Below, piece after piece: positions 37,540 through 47,101 of a stretch of 64,000 nt of DNA (the first letter of the stretch is position 1; each line of letters starts with the position of its first letter). The stretch covers positions 1-64,000 of the forward strand of contig JBGPQV010000010.1 of assembly GCA_041489255.1 (NCBI GenBank), given 5' to 3'. The notes under the pieces are model-generated. The model ran no database searches and was not told the DNA's origin. It saw only the letters and a list, made by a program, of their open reading frames with translations. The stretch comes from Thermoplasmata archaeon (GTDB taxonomy: Archaea > Thermoplasmatota > Thermoplasmata > RBG-16-68-12 > JAFNFQ01). The translations under genes were made by a program, and so were the position numbers.

Positions 37540-38760
37540 ATGATGTTCATGGGAAGTCCGAGGCGCAAGGTGGAGGCAGAACCGCCAATCGAGTCACCGG
37601 AGGAGGCGAGGCGCCTGGTCTCCGAGATCTCCGACCTGACTGAGAGAGTGAGGCGCGTCCCCGGGCTGGAGGAGGGCAAGGTCGAGGAGATTGAGCGGAG
37701 CGAGGACAAGATATTGCGAGAATACTCCGAGATGAACCCCAGGAAGCGCAGCCGTTTCCTGAGGGACCTAGGTGAATTGGCGGCGACAGTCGATTCCGGC
37801 CACAAAGACGGAATACTGTCCGACAAGCAGTTCAAAATGCTTGAGATCATGATCAAGAAGACGAGGATGAGGGATTTCTTCGTCGCGAGGAGATTGCTGA
37901 TCAAGTTCGCCAAGCCCCTCGAGCTGAAGAAGGAGAGGGACGCCAAGCTGGAGCGATACAGGTCTTATCACAGGAAGCTCGAAGCGCGCGGAAAGGACCT
38001 GAGGTCGGAGATAGCCAGGATGAAGAGCGTCCCCATGCCCGAGAAATCGCCCGAGGACGTCGCCGCCGCCAGGAACGCGGTCGAGGAGTACAATGAGGCG
38101 GCCGCGCACGCGCTCGTGGACTTCTTCGCTCACGCACCGTGCGTCGAGGCCATATCGTTCGCTCTCGAGGCCTCGCCGGTCCCGGAGCTGAACGTGCCAG
38201 CCCCCAAGAGCCGCGAGTCCGTGAAGGAGCTCGTGCAGGCGCTCCAGGAAGAGCATGTCAAGGGGGCATTCGGGAAGGAGAACATGGCCAAGCTCGTCGA
38301 AGCCGCAGCGTATTCGGAGAAACGTCTGGAGCATTTCGTGAAGGACTTCAAATGGTTCCAGAGGCAGCTGCAGGAAAACGTCGGATGGCTGTCGGAACTC
38401 ACTGCGGCCCGGAGCGGCGCTCTGAGGATTGCCTGGCCCGATCCCGCGGAGCAGGTCATGATGCGCATCTCGGTCATCGAACCGTTTCTGGGGAGATTGC
38501 CTCGGGGAGAAAGGGCAATCCAAGCGCTGGCGAATCTCAGGGGGATGCTCGACGCGGGCGACTACGAGGCATGCCTGAGGAGCGAGACCGTCTACAAATC
38601 TCAGGGCGAAGCGGCGGTGGCGCGATTCAGGGGAACCCTCGACGAAGACATAAGCAGACATGAATCGGAGCTGGCGAATATCCGGAGGCAGCTGGCGGAA
38701 CTGCCCGGCACGGACAAGCTTGTGGCCAGGGCCCCGGCGCGAGGTCCGGCAGCTGACTGA
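37540..38760 (+). CDS. Hypothetical alpha-helical/coiled-coil protein
   Basis: Long ORF with coding-like codon usage and E/K/R/L-rich heptads; start uncertain (37477-37549). Confidence 0.75.
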   Translation: MMFMGSPRRKVEAEPPIESPEEARRLVSEISDLTERVRRVPGLEEGKVEEIERSEDKILREYSEMNPRKRSRFLRDLGELAATVDSGHKDGILSDKQFKMLEIMIKKTRMRDFFVARRLLIKFAKPLELKKERDAKLERYRSYHRKLEARGKDLRSEIARMKSVPMPEKSPEDVAAARNAVEEYNEAAAHALVDFFAHAPCVEAISFALEASPVPELNVPAPKSRESVKELVQALQEEHVKGAFGKENMAKLVEAAAYSEKRLEHFVKDFKWFQRQLQENVGWLSELTAARSGALRIAWPDPAEQVMMRISVIEPFLGRLPRGERAIQALANLRGMLDAGDYEACLRSETVYKSQGEAAVARFRGTLDEDISRHESELANIRRQLAELPGTDKLVARAPARGPAAD

Positions 38761-38768
38761 GGCTCATT

Positions 38769-39209
38769 TTGCGCTCGCGTAACCACTCCGTCTGCTTTAT
38801 CTCCCAGAACACTTTCCCGCATCTGGTGTCAGTGCATCGCCCTAGCTCCGTGCTGAGGTGCCATTTCTGCGGCAACCAGCTCTCGCTCGCCCAGGCGCTC
38901 GAGCTGCACGAGGGCGAGGGCTACTTCTATGTGTGCGAGCACTGCGCTATGTCGCTCGACCCCCTGAGTCTGAAGCAGGTCACCTGCTACAGGTGCGCGG
39001 CCGAGGGGAACAGGACAAGGTCGCTCGCGACCTGCGACATGTGCAAGAAGGGCATCTGCGCCTCTCACCATGTCGACATGCACTCCGAGAACCCCGCTGG
39101 CCCAAACCGCCGCGTCTCCATGTACGAGCCTGCCCTGATGATGCCCGGCGGGAAGAGGCGGGTGCTCTGCGATGTCTGTGCGGCGGCGCTCGGTGAGGAG
39201 GAAGAGTAG
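38769..39209 (+). CDS. Multi-CxxC zinc-finger protein
   Basis: CHFC, CEHC, CYRC, CDMC, CASH, CDVC; start uncertain. Confidence 0.7.
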   Translation: MRSRNHSVCFISQNTFPHLVSVHRPSSVLRCHFCGNQLSLAQALELHEGEGYFYVCEHCAMSLDPLSLKQVTCYRCAAEGNRTRSLATCDMCKKGICASHHVDMHSENPAGPNRRVSMYEPALMMPGGKRRVLCDVCAAALGEEEE

Positions 39210-39210
39210 G

Positions 39211-39927
39211 CTACCAGTGGCTGCCGGGTCCCCGCTTTGCCTTGCCGACGAGATATGACAGCGTCAACTGCTTCTCGCCGCGCTGGAAACGGTCCTTGAG
39301 CGCGTCCCATCGCCCGTCTTCCATCCACTCCCGCAGCTTCCTCCCACCAAGGAACAACTCGACCTCGTCCATCGAGTTGAACTGGATCACGTGCTGCTCC
39401 ACGCCGAGGAATTCCGGTTCGAAGAAGTCCTCCCTCAGCAGGTCTTCCAGCTCATCCTCGGTATAGGCGTGGCTCGACTGCATTCCCGTTTCCCGCCAGT
39501 GGTCTGAATGGTGGCAGCAGAAGATCAGCACGGATCCGACGGGCATGGCTGCGGTTATCCGCCAGAGAAAAGCCTCCGACATGTAGAAGCTGCTGACCAC
39601 AGCATCGACAGGGCCGTCGTAGATGTTCCTGAACGGCTCGTCTTCCAGGTTGGCGAGGAGGAAGTCTATGTTCCTGATGTTCTTGAAGGCAGCGTACTGC
39701 CTAGCCTGCCAGAGCGCGTTCTCATCGACATCGATCGCGACGACGCGTCCGACGTTCGGCGCCAGGAAGAAGGCAAGGCGGCCCTGCCCCGTACCGGCGT
39801 CGACTACGGTGCTCCTCCTCAGGTCCGTTCTGAGCAGGATGTCCTTGAACATCGGCGTGAGGAGTTCCCATTCCCTTTGCGCCTGGCGAAAATCGACAGA
39901 CCTCTCGTTTGTGGTGATTGAGACCAT
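39211..39927 (-). CDS. Class I SAM-dependent methyltransferase
   Basis: VVDAGTGQG motif I, VVAIDVD. Confidence 0.85.
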   Translation of the reverse strand: MVSITTNERSVDFRQAQREWELLTPMFKDILLRTDLRRSTVVDAGTGQGRLAFFLAPNVGRVVAIDVDENALWQARQYAAFKNIRNIDFLLANLEDEPFRNIYDGPVDAVVSSFYMSEAFLWRITAAMPVGSVLIFCCHHSDHWRETGMQSSHAYTEDELEDLLREDFFEPEFLGVEQHVIQFNSMDEVELFLGGRKLREWMEDGRWDALKDRFQRGEKQLTLSYLVGKAKRGPGSHW

Positions 39928-40034
39928 GCCGGGCCCTCGCGGGGGTATCTCGGTGTTTCTTATATGTTATGTCGGTCCGGGCCCTCCCCATCCCGCCGCA
40001 AAGGTTGAAGTCGGAAGCGGCCTTCTGCGACGCG

Positions 40035-40583
40035 ATGACCATATACCTCGCCGAATCAGCCAAGATAATCGGTGATGTCCTCATCGGGGGAGGCTCTAGC
40101 GTCTGGCACGGGGCCGTCTTGAGGGCCGACCTGGACAAGATAGCGATTGGCGGCTACACGAACATCCAGGACAACGCAGTCATCCACCTGGACTTGGACT
40201 TCCCCGCCATAGTCGGAGACAGGGTGACCGTTGGGCACCTGGCGATTGTCCATGGCTGCACGATTGGTAGCGACTGCGTGATCGGCATGGGTGCCGCCAT
40301 AGGCAATGACGCGGTCATCGGCGACTGGTCGATCGTCGCGCCCGGGGCGGTCGTGACAGAGTCGTCGAAGTTCCCGAAGGAAAGCGTCATAGCTGGCGTC
40401 CCTGCAAAGGTCGTGCGACAGGTCGATGGACGTCTGAGGGACAGGATCGAGGTGTCTTGGAAGATATACCACGAGCTCGCGAAAAGCAGCTTGACCGCCA
40501 AGAAGGACATGGCCGGTGACGAGAGCAAGAGGATCAAGGTCGAGGTGGCGGGAGAGATCGCAAGCATCATCCGCAACAGATGA
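40035..40583 (+). CDS. Gamma carbonic anhydrase family hexapeptide-repeat protein
   Basis: AVLRAD, TNIQDNAVIH, TVGHLAIVHGC. Confidence 0.9.
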   Translation: MTIYLAESAKIIGDVLIGGGSSVWHGAVLRADLDKIAIGGYTNIQDNAVIHLDLDFPAIVGDRVTVGHLAIVHGCTIGSDCVIGMGAAIGNDAVIGDWSIVAPGAVVTESSKFPKESVIAGVPAKVVRQVDGRLRDRIEVSWKIYHELAKSSLTAKKDMAGDESKRIKVEVAGEIASIIRNR

Positions 40584-40667
40584 GCGGACACGGTCCCATT
40601 CTTGGCGGGAGCGCAGACCCATTTTATAAATGGCCGGAGCACACTGCGAGTGGCGGTGGTGACAAGC

Positions 40668-41375
40668 ATGGAGGAGCGGAAACGCATCGCCTCTGAGTTG
40701 ACCGAGAAATTAAAGGTCGACGCCAACGTCGTGGCCGTCGCGCTATACCCGCAAGTCGAGCCCAGTCCGGGTGAGGATGCACCGGCTCTTGAGATGCTTG
40801 TCGTAGTCTCCAGGATGCCTTTCGACTTGGATATGCTGGGTATGAAGAAGGTCATTGTGAGTGGCTCAGCAATCGCGCTTTTCTATGTCACTCCCGAGCG
40901 CCTCCGCGCCGCCATCGATGACGAGGCTGGCTGCTGGTTCACTTCTGGGAGGGTCCTCTACAGCGGGACCCTGTATGACCAGAAAGGAATTCTGGTCGGC
41001 CTGAGGAAGGCTGTGAACTCCGTTTCCAGAGAGAGAAGGTCGGCGACATTCGAAACGTGGTTCGAAGAAGCCAAGGCGTTTCCGGCGATAGCCCTCCAGC
41101 GTGGAATCACCTCGATGGACACCCCGAACATGATCCTGCTCAGGGACGACCCTGCCCTCGCCCGCGCATTGTTCCTGCTCAACTCGAGGCCGCCGAGGGG
41201 ACCGGTATTACTCATGGAGGATGCCATGAGCCTTCAGAAGCTCCCTTCCGGTTTCCAGGCGATCACTGACATATTGAAGGGATTGGACCGGCTTAACCTG
41301 AAGAAGTTCGAGAAGGCTAGGAAGGCCTACAGCGACCTGATTTCCGACATCAGGAGCCTCGCCAAGACCCTCTGA
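40668..41375 (+). CDS. Hypothetical protein, possibly degenerate nucleotidyltransferase fold
   Basis: Fills the gap with coding-like codon usage. VVAVALY...LEMLVVV and LYDQKGIL resemble the KNTase-like layout without GS/DxD. Confidence 0.6.
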   Translation: MEERKRIASELTEKLKVDANVVAVALYPQVEPSPGEDAPALEMLVVVSRMPFDLDMLGMKKVIVSGSAIALFYVTPERLRAAIDDEAGCWFTSGRVLYSGTLYDQKGILVGLRKAVNSVSRERRSATFETWFEEAKAFPAIALQRGITSMDTPNMILLRDDPALARALFLLNSRPPRGPVLLMEDAMSLQKLPSGFQAITDILKGLDRLNLKKFEKARKAYSDLISDIRSLAKTL

Positions 41376-41387
41376 GGCAGCCGCTAC

Positions 41388-41714
41388 TCAGAGCTCTGCC
41401 CACTTGTCGACCCCTTCCCAGACGCGGACCGTGATCGGGTACGTGAAGCTCTTCCTCAGCTCCCCGTGCAGCAGCTCGCAGATGTTCTCGACGGTCGGCA
41501 CCTTCAGAGTGCTGTTCCAGTCGCGGTGGTCGTACGTGGCGAGGACCGCGCGCACCCGTTCCTTGAACTCGGCGAAATCGACGATCATGTCGCCTCGCTG
41601 CTCGCTGTCGAGGGTCACGTCGATCCGGTAGGTGTGCCCGTGCGGGGAACCGCACTTCTTGTGGCCGGTCAGGTGGTGAGCGCAATCGACGTACTCAGTT
41701 ATCCCGAGCTTCAT
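41388..41714 (-). CDS. queD: 6-carboxy-5,6,7,8-tetrahydropterin synthase
   Basis: AHHL, KCGSPHGHTY, DFAE, YDHR, PTVEN, VWEG. Confidence 0.9.
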   Translation of the reverse strand: MKLGITEYVDCAHHLTGHKKCGSPHGHTYRIDVTLDSEQRGDMIVDFAEFKERVRAVLATYDHRDWNSTLKVPTVENICELLHGELRKSFTYPITVRVWEGVDKWAEL

Positions 41715-41754
41715 CCGCGCCCGAAGAGGAGCGGCACCGATAAATGCCTTTCCT

Positions 41755-42405
41755 TCATTTCCCGCGGCGGGATGGGCCAATGTCAGCCGAGGAGAGCGCA
41801 TGATCCCTCTCGATACAGGAGGAGCACTTCCCGCAAGGCTTCTTGCCATCGAACCGGCAGCTCCAGGTCAGGCCGAGGGGAGCGCCGAGCCTGAGGCCAA
41901 GCCTCACCACGTCCTGCTTCGTCTTGTCCCTCAATGGGGTGAGGATTCTGACCACTTTCTGGCGGTAGCTCCAGAGCCCCATTTTCAGCAGACCGTTCAT
42001 TTGCCTGAAGAAGGACGGGTTTGAGTCGGGAAACTCCTCCGGATCGCCCTTGTTGTGACCGCCCACGATGAATTCTGCCCCCTCGACCTCCGCGTAGTAT
42101 GCGGCGATTGAGTAGAAGATCATGTTTCTGGCGGGAATGTAGCCTTCTGGCGCATCCTTGAGTGTTCTTGGCACCCGCCCTTCCTTCGCCAAGTCGTGGA
42201 CTTCTTTCACGGATTCCAATGGAACCTCGATGAAATGTTCGATTCCCGCCTTCCTCAGTATCAGGCGCGTCGCGGATTTCTCCGCTTTCGCGCGCGCGAA
42301 GTAATCGAAGGTGAGGGGGATTGGTTCCCAATCCTTTCTCATGACCCACCAGAGCGCGATGGTGGAGTCGATTCCCCCGGAGACAAGCACAATCGCTTTG
42401 GTCAT
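41755..42405 (-). CDS. queC: 7-cyano-7-deazaguanine synthase
   Basis: SGGIDS, YIPARN, PD, TWSC...PCGKCSSC. Confidence 0.92.
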   Translation of the reverse strand: MTKAIVLVSGGIDSTIALWWVMRKDWEPIPLTFDYFARAKAEKSATRLILRKAGIEHFIEVPLESVKEVHDLAKEGRVPRTLKDAPEGYIPARNMIFYSIAAYYAEVEGAEFIVGGHNKGDPEEFPDSNPSFFRQMNGLLKMGLWSYRQKVVRILTPLRDKTKQDVVRLGLRLGAPLGLTWSCRFDGKKPCGKCSSCIERDHALSSADIGPSRRGK

Positions 42406-42541
42406 GAAGACAGATTCCATCGAAGTCGCGGTTGACCATAAACCTGCTTCATGGCCCTGCCCTGGATCCCAAGGGTCGGCACCCGCCAATCCGCCAGATT
42501 CATCAAGGAGCGTTTGCTTATCAAGGAGAAGTGGTGAGACT

Positions 42542-42994
42542 CTGACAGAGCTGAACGTAGGTTCGCAGGCACCGGATTTCGAATCGGTCGACCAGAACGG
42601 GAACAAGGTCCGCCTGAGCGGTTTCCGAGGTAAGACTGTCGTCCTCTATTTCTATCCAAAGGACAACACGCCCGGGTGCACGGCCGAGGCGTGCTCTTTC
42701 AGGGACGACATGGACCAAATCGCAGAAGCTGGTATCAAAGTCCTCGGAGTGAGCGCGGACGGAGTCGACTCTCACAAGAAATTCGAGAAAAAATACGATC
42801 TTAACTTCACTCTAGTGGCCGACCCCGGGCGGAACATCATCGATGAGTATGGTGTCAGAGGCGCCTTTGGCACCGCCCGCAGGGTCACATTCCTCATAGA
42901 CCCTGATGGAAAGATCCGGCACGTCTGGCAGAAAGTGAGCCCGCGGGGACACAGCGCCGAGGTGCTTGAAAAGGTCAAGGAATTGGGTCTGTGA
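42542..42994 (+). CDS. bcp: Peroxiredoxin Q / BCP
   Basis: VLYFYPKDNTPGCTAEACSFRD, RVTFLID; start approximate. Confidence 0.92.
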   Translation: MTELNVGSQAPDFESVDQNGNKVRLSGFRGKTVVLYFYPKDNTPGCTAEACSFRDDMDQIAEAGIKVLGVSADGVDSHKKFEKKYDLNFTLVADPGRNIIDEYGVRGAFGTARRVTFLIDPDGKIRHVWQKVSPRGHSAEVLEKVKELGL

Positions 42995-43160
42995 CCAGAC
43001 GGTCCTGCGCACAGGCTTGAACGTGTCGGAACCCGGCTATTGCGCCGAATGCACCCAGCATGCCGGAGGCGACAGCGTGTCTCGCATGATGCCGAAAACC
43101 CTCCGTAACCGACCTGGATGCATGTTGGGTGGTATCAAGGATGAAAAAGATAATCTAGCC

Positions 43161-43170
43161 TTTTAATATA
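43161..43170 (+). promoter_or_regulatory. Putative TATA box of the longin/GTPase cluster
   Basis: TTTTAATATA within an AT-rich patch 70-100 nt upstream of the first gene. Confidence 0.55.
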
Positions 43171-43261
43171 TGTATAGTCTAGTGGGGTTCAGTATCGGTT
43201 CATCTGCCCCAAGCAGGGGGGAACAAATCTGAAGAGATGGCGGGCCAATCGGCTAGCAGGC

Positions 43262-46200
43262 ATGATTGTAGCAATCTTGCTCTTGTCGCTGGCGAGCGCG
43301 CCTGGACCTCTCATCGCGCCAAAAGCCGCGGCGGCATCCGAAGAGGTCTTCGTTCAATACCTTGGACCGCAGTCCGGCGAGTCCGACAACGCGTACTCCA
43401 ACCAGATGCTTGCTCAGTCTTTTGTGGCCAGTGCCGGTTACAAGGTTACGCGAATCGAGCTCTACGTCAACGACTTAGGGACGGACAACTGGGCCCTTCT
43501 ATCCCTGGCGGCGAACAATCCTGTGGATAATACGCCCGGTTTATCGGTCATCGGCTCGTCTGCGAATGGGCCGGACGGATGGGACTGGGTTTCGTTCGCG
43601 ATTCCGGATGTCCCGGGAGCGGCCCTTACAGCTGGTTCGGTGTATTGGATCGTGCTCTCGGACCCAGCGAACAACAATCCCAATGGCTACGGATGGGCGA
43701 AGCGCACGACAGACCCCAGGTATCCGAGCGGTGAGAGCGCAACGTGTTCTGGCAGCAACTGCAGATGGCAGAAGGATCCGAACAGCGACTATCTCTTCAA
43801 GGTCTTCGGCATCAACGGGCCGAGCATAGACAGTTGGTGCGAGGTCAACGCGGCCTTCGCGGGTTCGGGCGACCCGCTGAACTACACGATTCATTTCGAC
43901 AATACGGGGAATCAGTACGCCCCGAACCTGTGGACTAACATGTCGCTATCCCCTGAATTGACGTATCAAAGCGACGACTCGATCCAATATGGAGGAGCGC
44001 GCTCTTCCCCGAACTGGGTGTTCAAGAATGTGGTGGTGGGTCTCCATTCGTTCCACATCAACGTCACCGTGGGATTGGGAGTGCGCGACGGCACTTCACT
44101 CAGAGCGAACTTCACCTTCCAGTATTCCGACAGCAAAGGGGAGATGCAGGAGGATCGCAGCTGCAGCGTATTGACGATAGCGCGTGTGCCGAGTCTTTCC
44201 ATGTACAAGGAGGTGGCACCAACATACTCCGTCCGAGGAGGCGCGCTGGACTACACCATCACTTTCACTAACTCGGGTTCCAAGCCGGCCGGCACGGTCT
44301 GGGTGAACGATACTCTCCCCAGCGCCCTGAATTACTCCTTTGACACGGCGGCAAATGGCACTGGACCCGGAAACACCTCAGGGATTCTGGAGTACAAGTC
44401 CGTCGTCGGCAATATGCTGTCTTTCAATTTCACGAATGTGATTCCGAGCACCTATCGGTTCACCATCAAAGCGAGCATAAGCACCACGGTCCTCAACGGG
44501 ACGCCGATCATCAACTGTGCTTCGTTGAGCTACACGGACAGTTCTAGGAGGGTGATTGGCCCCGTCATGGCCTGCGCAACGGCGAGAGTCGAAGGCGCGA
44601 GCATCCGTGCGAAGCAAGAAACATTGGATAGCCCCGTGGCACGGGATGATGCTCTGAGGTATCAGGTGTCATTCGATAACGAAGGGACAGCCTCATCGGC
44701 ATTCGTCTGGATCAACGACACCTTGCCCGCAGGCGTGGCATACCTCAACGACACGGCATGGAGGTTGCCGAACTTCAACTCCACTCTTTCGCGGCGTGAC
44801 AGCAGCCACCTCTACTACGTCTTCACAAATGTGCAGACCAACGATCCTCTGTTGCAGCCTCGCTACTTCGTCGTCACCGTGTTGGTCGGACAGTCGGTCA
44901 ATGACGGAGACTCGCTCTGCAATCACGCCGAGCTGGCATACACAGACTGGGATGGTTCGATGCTGCTACCATCTTCGGCGGACTCATGTGCGAATGTGAT
45001 GATACCGAGCATCACCCTCACGGCGGTGGGCACCCCGGAGGCAGATCCTGGGGACTTCATAATCTACGACGTGACCATCGACAATGTCGGGTCTGGGACC
45101 GCACGCTTTGTCTCGTTCAGGCTTTTCGAGGCTCAACAATTGAACTATTATTATGACGATTCCAGCGTGCCTCGCAATCCCCCGTTGGAGGTGGTTAGGA
45201 CAAGTGCGCAGGAATGGCAAATCGCCAACATGGGGCATCGCAGCATCGCCCTGACCTTCACCTACAAGTTAAGAGCGGGCCTGCCTGACGGAATGTTGGT
45301 GACGTCAGAGTTCGAAATGAATCACACAGACTACAAAGGACGGGAGATAGGCTCCGAAGAGACTGTCGTCTCGACGACCGTCACGGCGCCGGTCATCTCA
45401 CTGAAGGTCATCCAGAACTTGACGGAAGTGCCGAGAGGAGACGAAATAACCTACACGGTATTCTACAACAACACAGGGCACGGCATCGCCAGGAACGTCT
45501 GGATAAACGATACAATCCCCGACGAGACTGCATTCTGGCGGTCGAGCGAGCAGTACTTTGCCAGCTCCGGAGGCAGGATAACCTGGCACTTCGTCGACGT
45601 GGGGCCAGGCAATCATAGCATGACCGCGACCTTGAGGGTGGATGTTCAAGCGAGGGTCGGCTCGAACTTAGACAATACCGTCGATTTGATCTACGAGGAC
45701 GGGAACGGAAATTACATCGACAGGCTGTTTGACGGGATTTCAGCCGAGGTGGTCGACGGCACCGACGACCAGTCGACTTTCCTGCAGAATTATTTGGTAT
45801 GGGTGCTCGTCGTCATCCTTCTGATCACGATCGCATGCATGTGGCTATTCGTAGGTCGGAAGTTCTACGGACTCGGCATCAAGGACAAGGCGAGAATCGA
45901 TGAGCTGTTCTTGCTCCATAGGAGCGGGGAATTGATCAGGCACCACAGCCGCAGCTTAAGGGTGGATGTAGACAGCGACGTGCTCAGTGCCATGCTCGTT
46001 GCCGTCCAGAATTTCGTCAAGGAGTCCTTCAACTTCCGTGCGGGCGACCTCGAGGAGCTCAAGTTCGGAGACCAGAAGATAATGCTCATCCACGGCGAAC
46101 ATGTCATCTTGGCAGCCGTCGTAGCAGGGCCGTTCCCGCAGCGCTTGGAGCCGGGCATGAGGGCCGCGCTGGACGGGATAGAGTCGCGTTTCGGCTCGTC

Positions 46201-46282
46201 TTTGGAGGATTGGAGCGGCATCACGGAGGATCTGCCGGAGGTCGACGACATCCTATCGGGCGTTTTCGACGCCAAGGCGTAG
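43262..46282 (+). CDS. Receptor-like protein: signal peptide, N-terminal beta domain, five DUF11 repeats, one TM, cytoplasmic longin-like domain
   Basis: GDxxxYTIxFxNxG / VWxNDTLP repeats; TM YLVWVLVVILLITIACMWLFVG; IDELFLLHRSG...DSDVLSAMLVAVQNFVKESF...WSG. Confidence 0.85.
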   Translation: MIVAILLLSLASAPGPLIAPKAAAASEEVFVQYLGPQSGESDNAYSNQMLAQSFVASAGYKVTRIELYVNDLGTDNWALLSLAANNPVDNTPGLSVIGSSANGPDGWDWVSFAIPDVPGAALTAGSVYWIVLSDPANNNPNGYGWAKRTTDPRYPSGESATCSGSNCRWQKDPNSDYLFKVFGINGPSIDSWCEVNAAFAGSGDPLNYTIHFDNTGNQYAPNLWTNMSLSPELTYQSDDSIQYGGARSSPNWVFKNVVVGLHSFHINVTVGLGVRDGTSLRANFTFQYSDSKGEMQEDRSCSVLTIARVPSLSMYKEVAPTYSVRGGALDYTITFTNSGSKPAGTVWVNDTLPSALNYSFDTAANGTGPGNTSGILEYKSVVGNMLSFNFTNVIPSTYRFTIKASISTTVLNGTPIINCASLSYTDSSRRVIGPVMACATARVEGASIRAKQETLDSPVARDDALRYQVSFDNEGTASSAFVWINDTLPAGVAYLNDTAWRLPNFNSTLSRRDSSHLYYVFTNVQTNDPLLQPRYFVVTVLVGQSVNDGDSLCNHAELAYTDWDGSMLLPSSADSCANVMIPSITLTAVGTPEADPGDFIIYDVTIDNVGSGTARFVSFRLFEAQQLNYYYDDSSVPRNPPLEVVRTSAQEWQIANMGHRSIALTFTYKLRAGLPDGMLVTSEFEMNHTDYKGREIGSEETVVSTTVTAPVISLKVIQNLTEVPRGDEITYTVFYNNTGHGIARNVWINDTIPDETAFWRSSEQYFASSGGRITWHFVDVGPGNHSMTATLRVDVQARVGSNLDNTVDLIYEDGNGNYIDRLFDGISAEVVDGTDDQSTFLQNYLVWVLVVILLITIACMWLFVGRKFYGLGIKDKARIDELFLLHRSGELIRHHSRSLRVDVDSDVLSAMLVAVQNFVKESFNFRAGDLEELKFGDQKIMLIHGEHVILAAVVAGPFPQRLEPGMRAALDGIESRFGSSLEDWSGITEDLPEVDDILSGVFDAKA

Positions 46283-46362
46283 CCGTTCCGGGCGGTCCGG
46301 CCAAATCTGCAACCAGTTTTGAGAATCAGGCGCGAGTCTTTTTATGCGGGCCAGTCGGATGA

Positions 46363-46995
46363 ATGCAGGCATCTGGAGATTCAATGATTCCGCCGGATCT
46401 AGTCGATATGCTAGTGGTATTCCTCGTAGGATACTCCGTCATCCAGGGTCTCTGGTTGCTACACCTCACTCGCCAGGTTCGCAATCACATGCGCGCGCAG
46501 GAAGCATTGGCAGCGCAACAGATGCTCGAGCATGTCGAGGCAGAGAAGAACACGTCGATAGAAGACATCTTCCTGCTGCACCGCAGCGGACTGCTCCTAA
46601 AGCACTACACGAAACGCATGAGGCCCAATGTTGACAGTGACGTTCTGAGCGGCATGCTGGTTGCCGTGCAGGAGTTCATCAAGGACTCGTTCAGAGGCGA
46701 AAAAGGTGCCTTAAATGAGATATGGTTCGGTGATGTCAGGATAGTGGTGCTCGAAGGTCAATGGACGATCGTTGCATGCCTCGTAAGGGGGGAGAGGGTG
46801 ACGGACATCCAGCCTCAGATTGCAGCCGCGATGCGCGATGTGGAGGACAAGTATGGCGACCTCTTGATGAACTGGGACGGCACTCTGGATGCAGCGCCGG
46901 AAGTCGATGTGATCATGCGCAGACTGATATCCGGAGGATACATGGATGCAGGCCAACCGAAGAAACCTCAACCAGCAATCATTCTGGAGAGGTAG
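46363..46995 (+). CDS. N-terminally anchored membrane protein with longin-like domain
   Basis: TM LVVFLVGYSVIQGLWLL, helical linker, IEDIFLLHRSG...DSDVLSGMLVAVQEFIKDSF...WDG. Confidence 0.85.
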   Translation: MQASGDSMIPPDLVDMLVVFLVGYSVIQGLWLLHLTRQVRNHMRAQEALAAQQMLEHVEAEKNTSIEDIFLLHRSGLLLKHYTKRMRPNVDSDVLSGMLVAVQEFIKDSFRGEKGALNEIWFGDVRIVVLEGQWTIVACLVRGERVTDIQPQIAAAMRDVEDKYGDLLMNWDGTLDAAPEVDVIMRRLISGGYMDAGQPKKPQPAIILER

Positions 46996-47101
46996 GCAAA
47001 GGTTATATTCGGCCTATCTTTCTGTTTCCCGGATAGCAGGAGAACTGGCCAGCCCGGTCTCGGGGAACTATCTTAAGCCGGCGAGTTGGCGGGGAAATCG
47101 C

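Noticed and set aside
41388-42405. queC/queD as a DNA 7-deazaguanine modification (defence) island
   Set aside because: No dpdA or other dpd genes nearby; ordinary preQ0/archaeosine biosynthesis explains them
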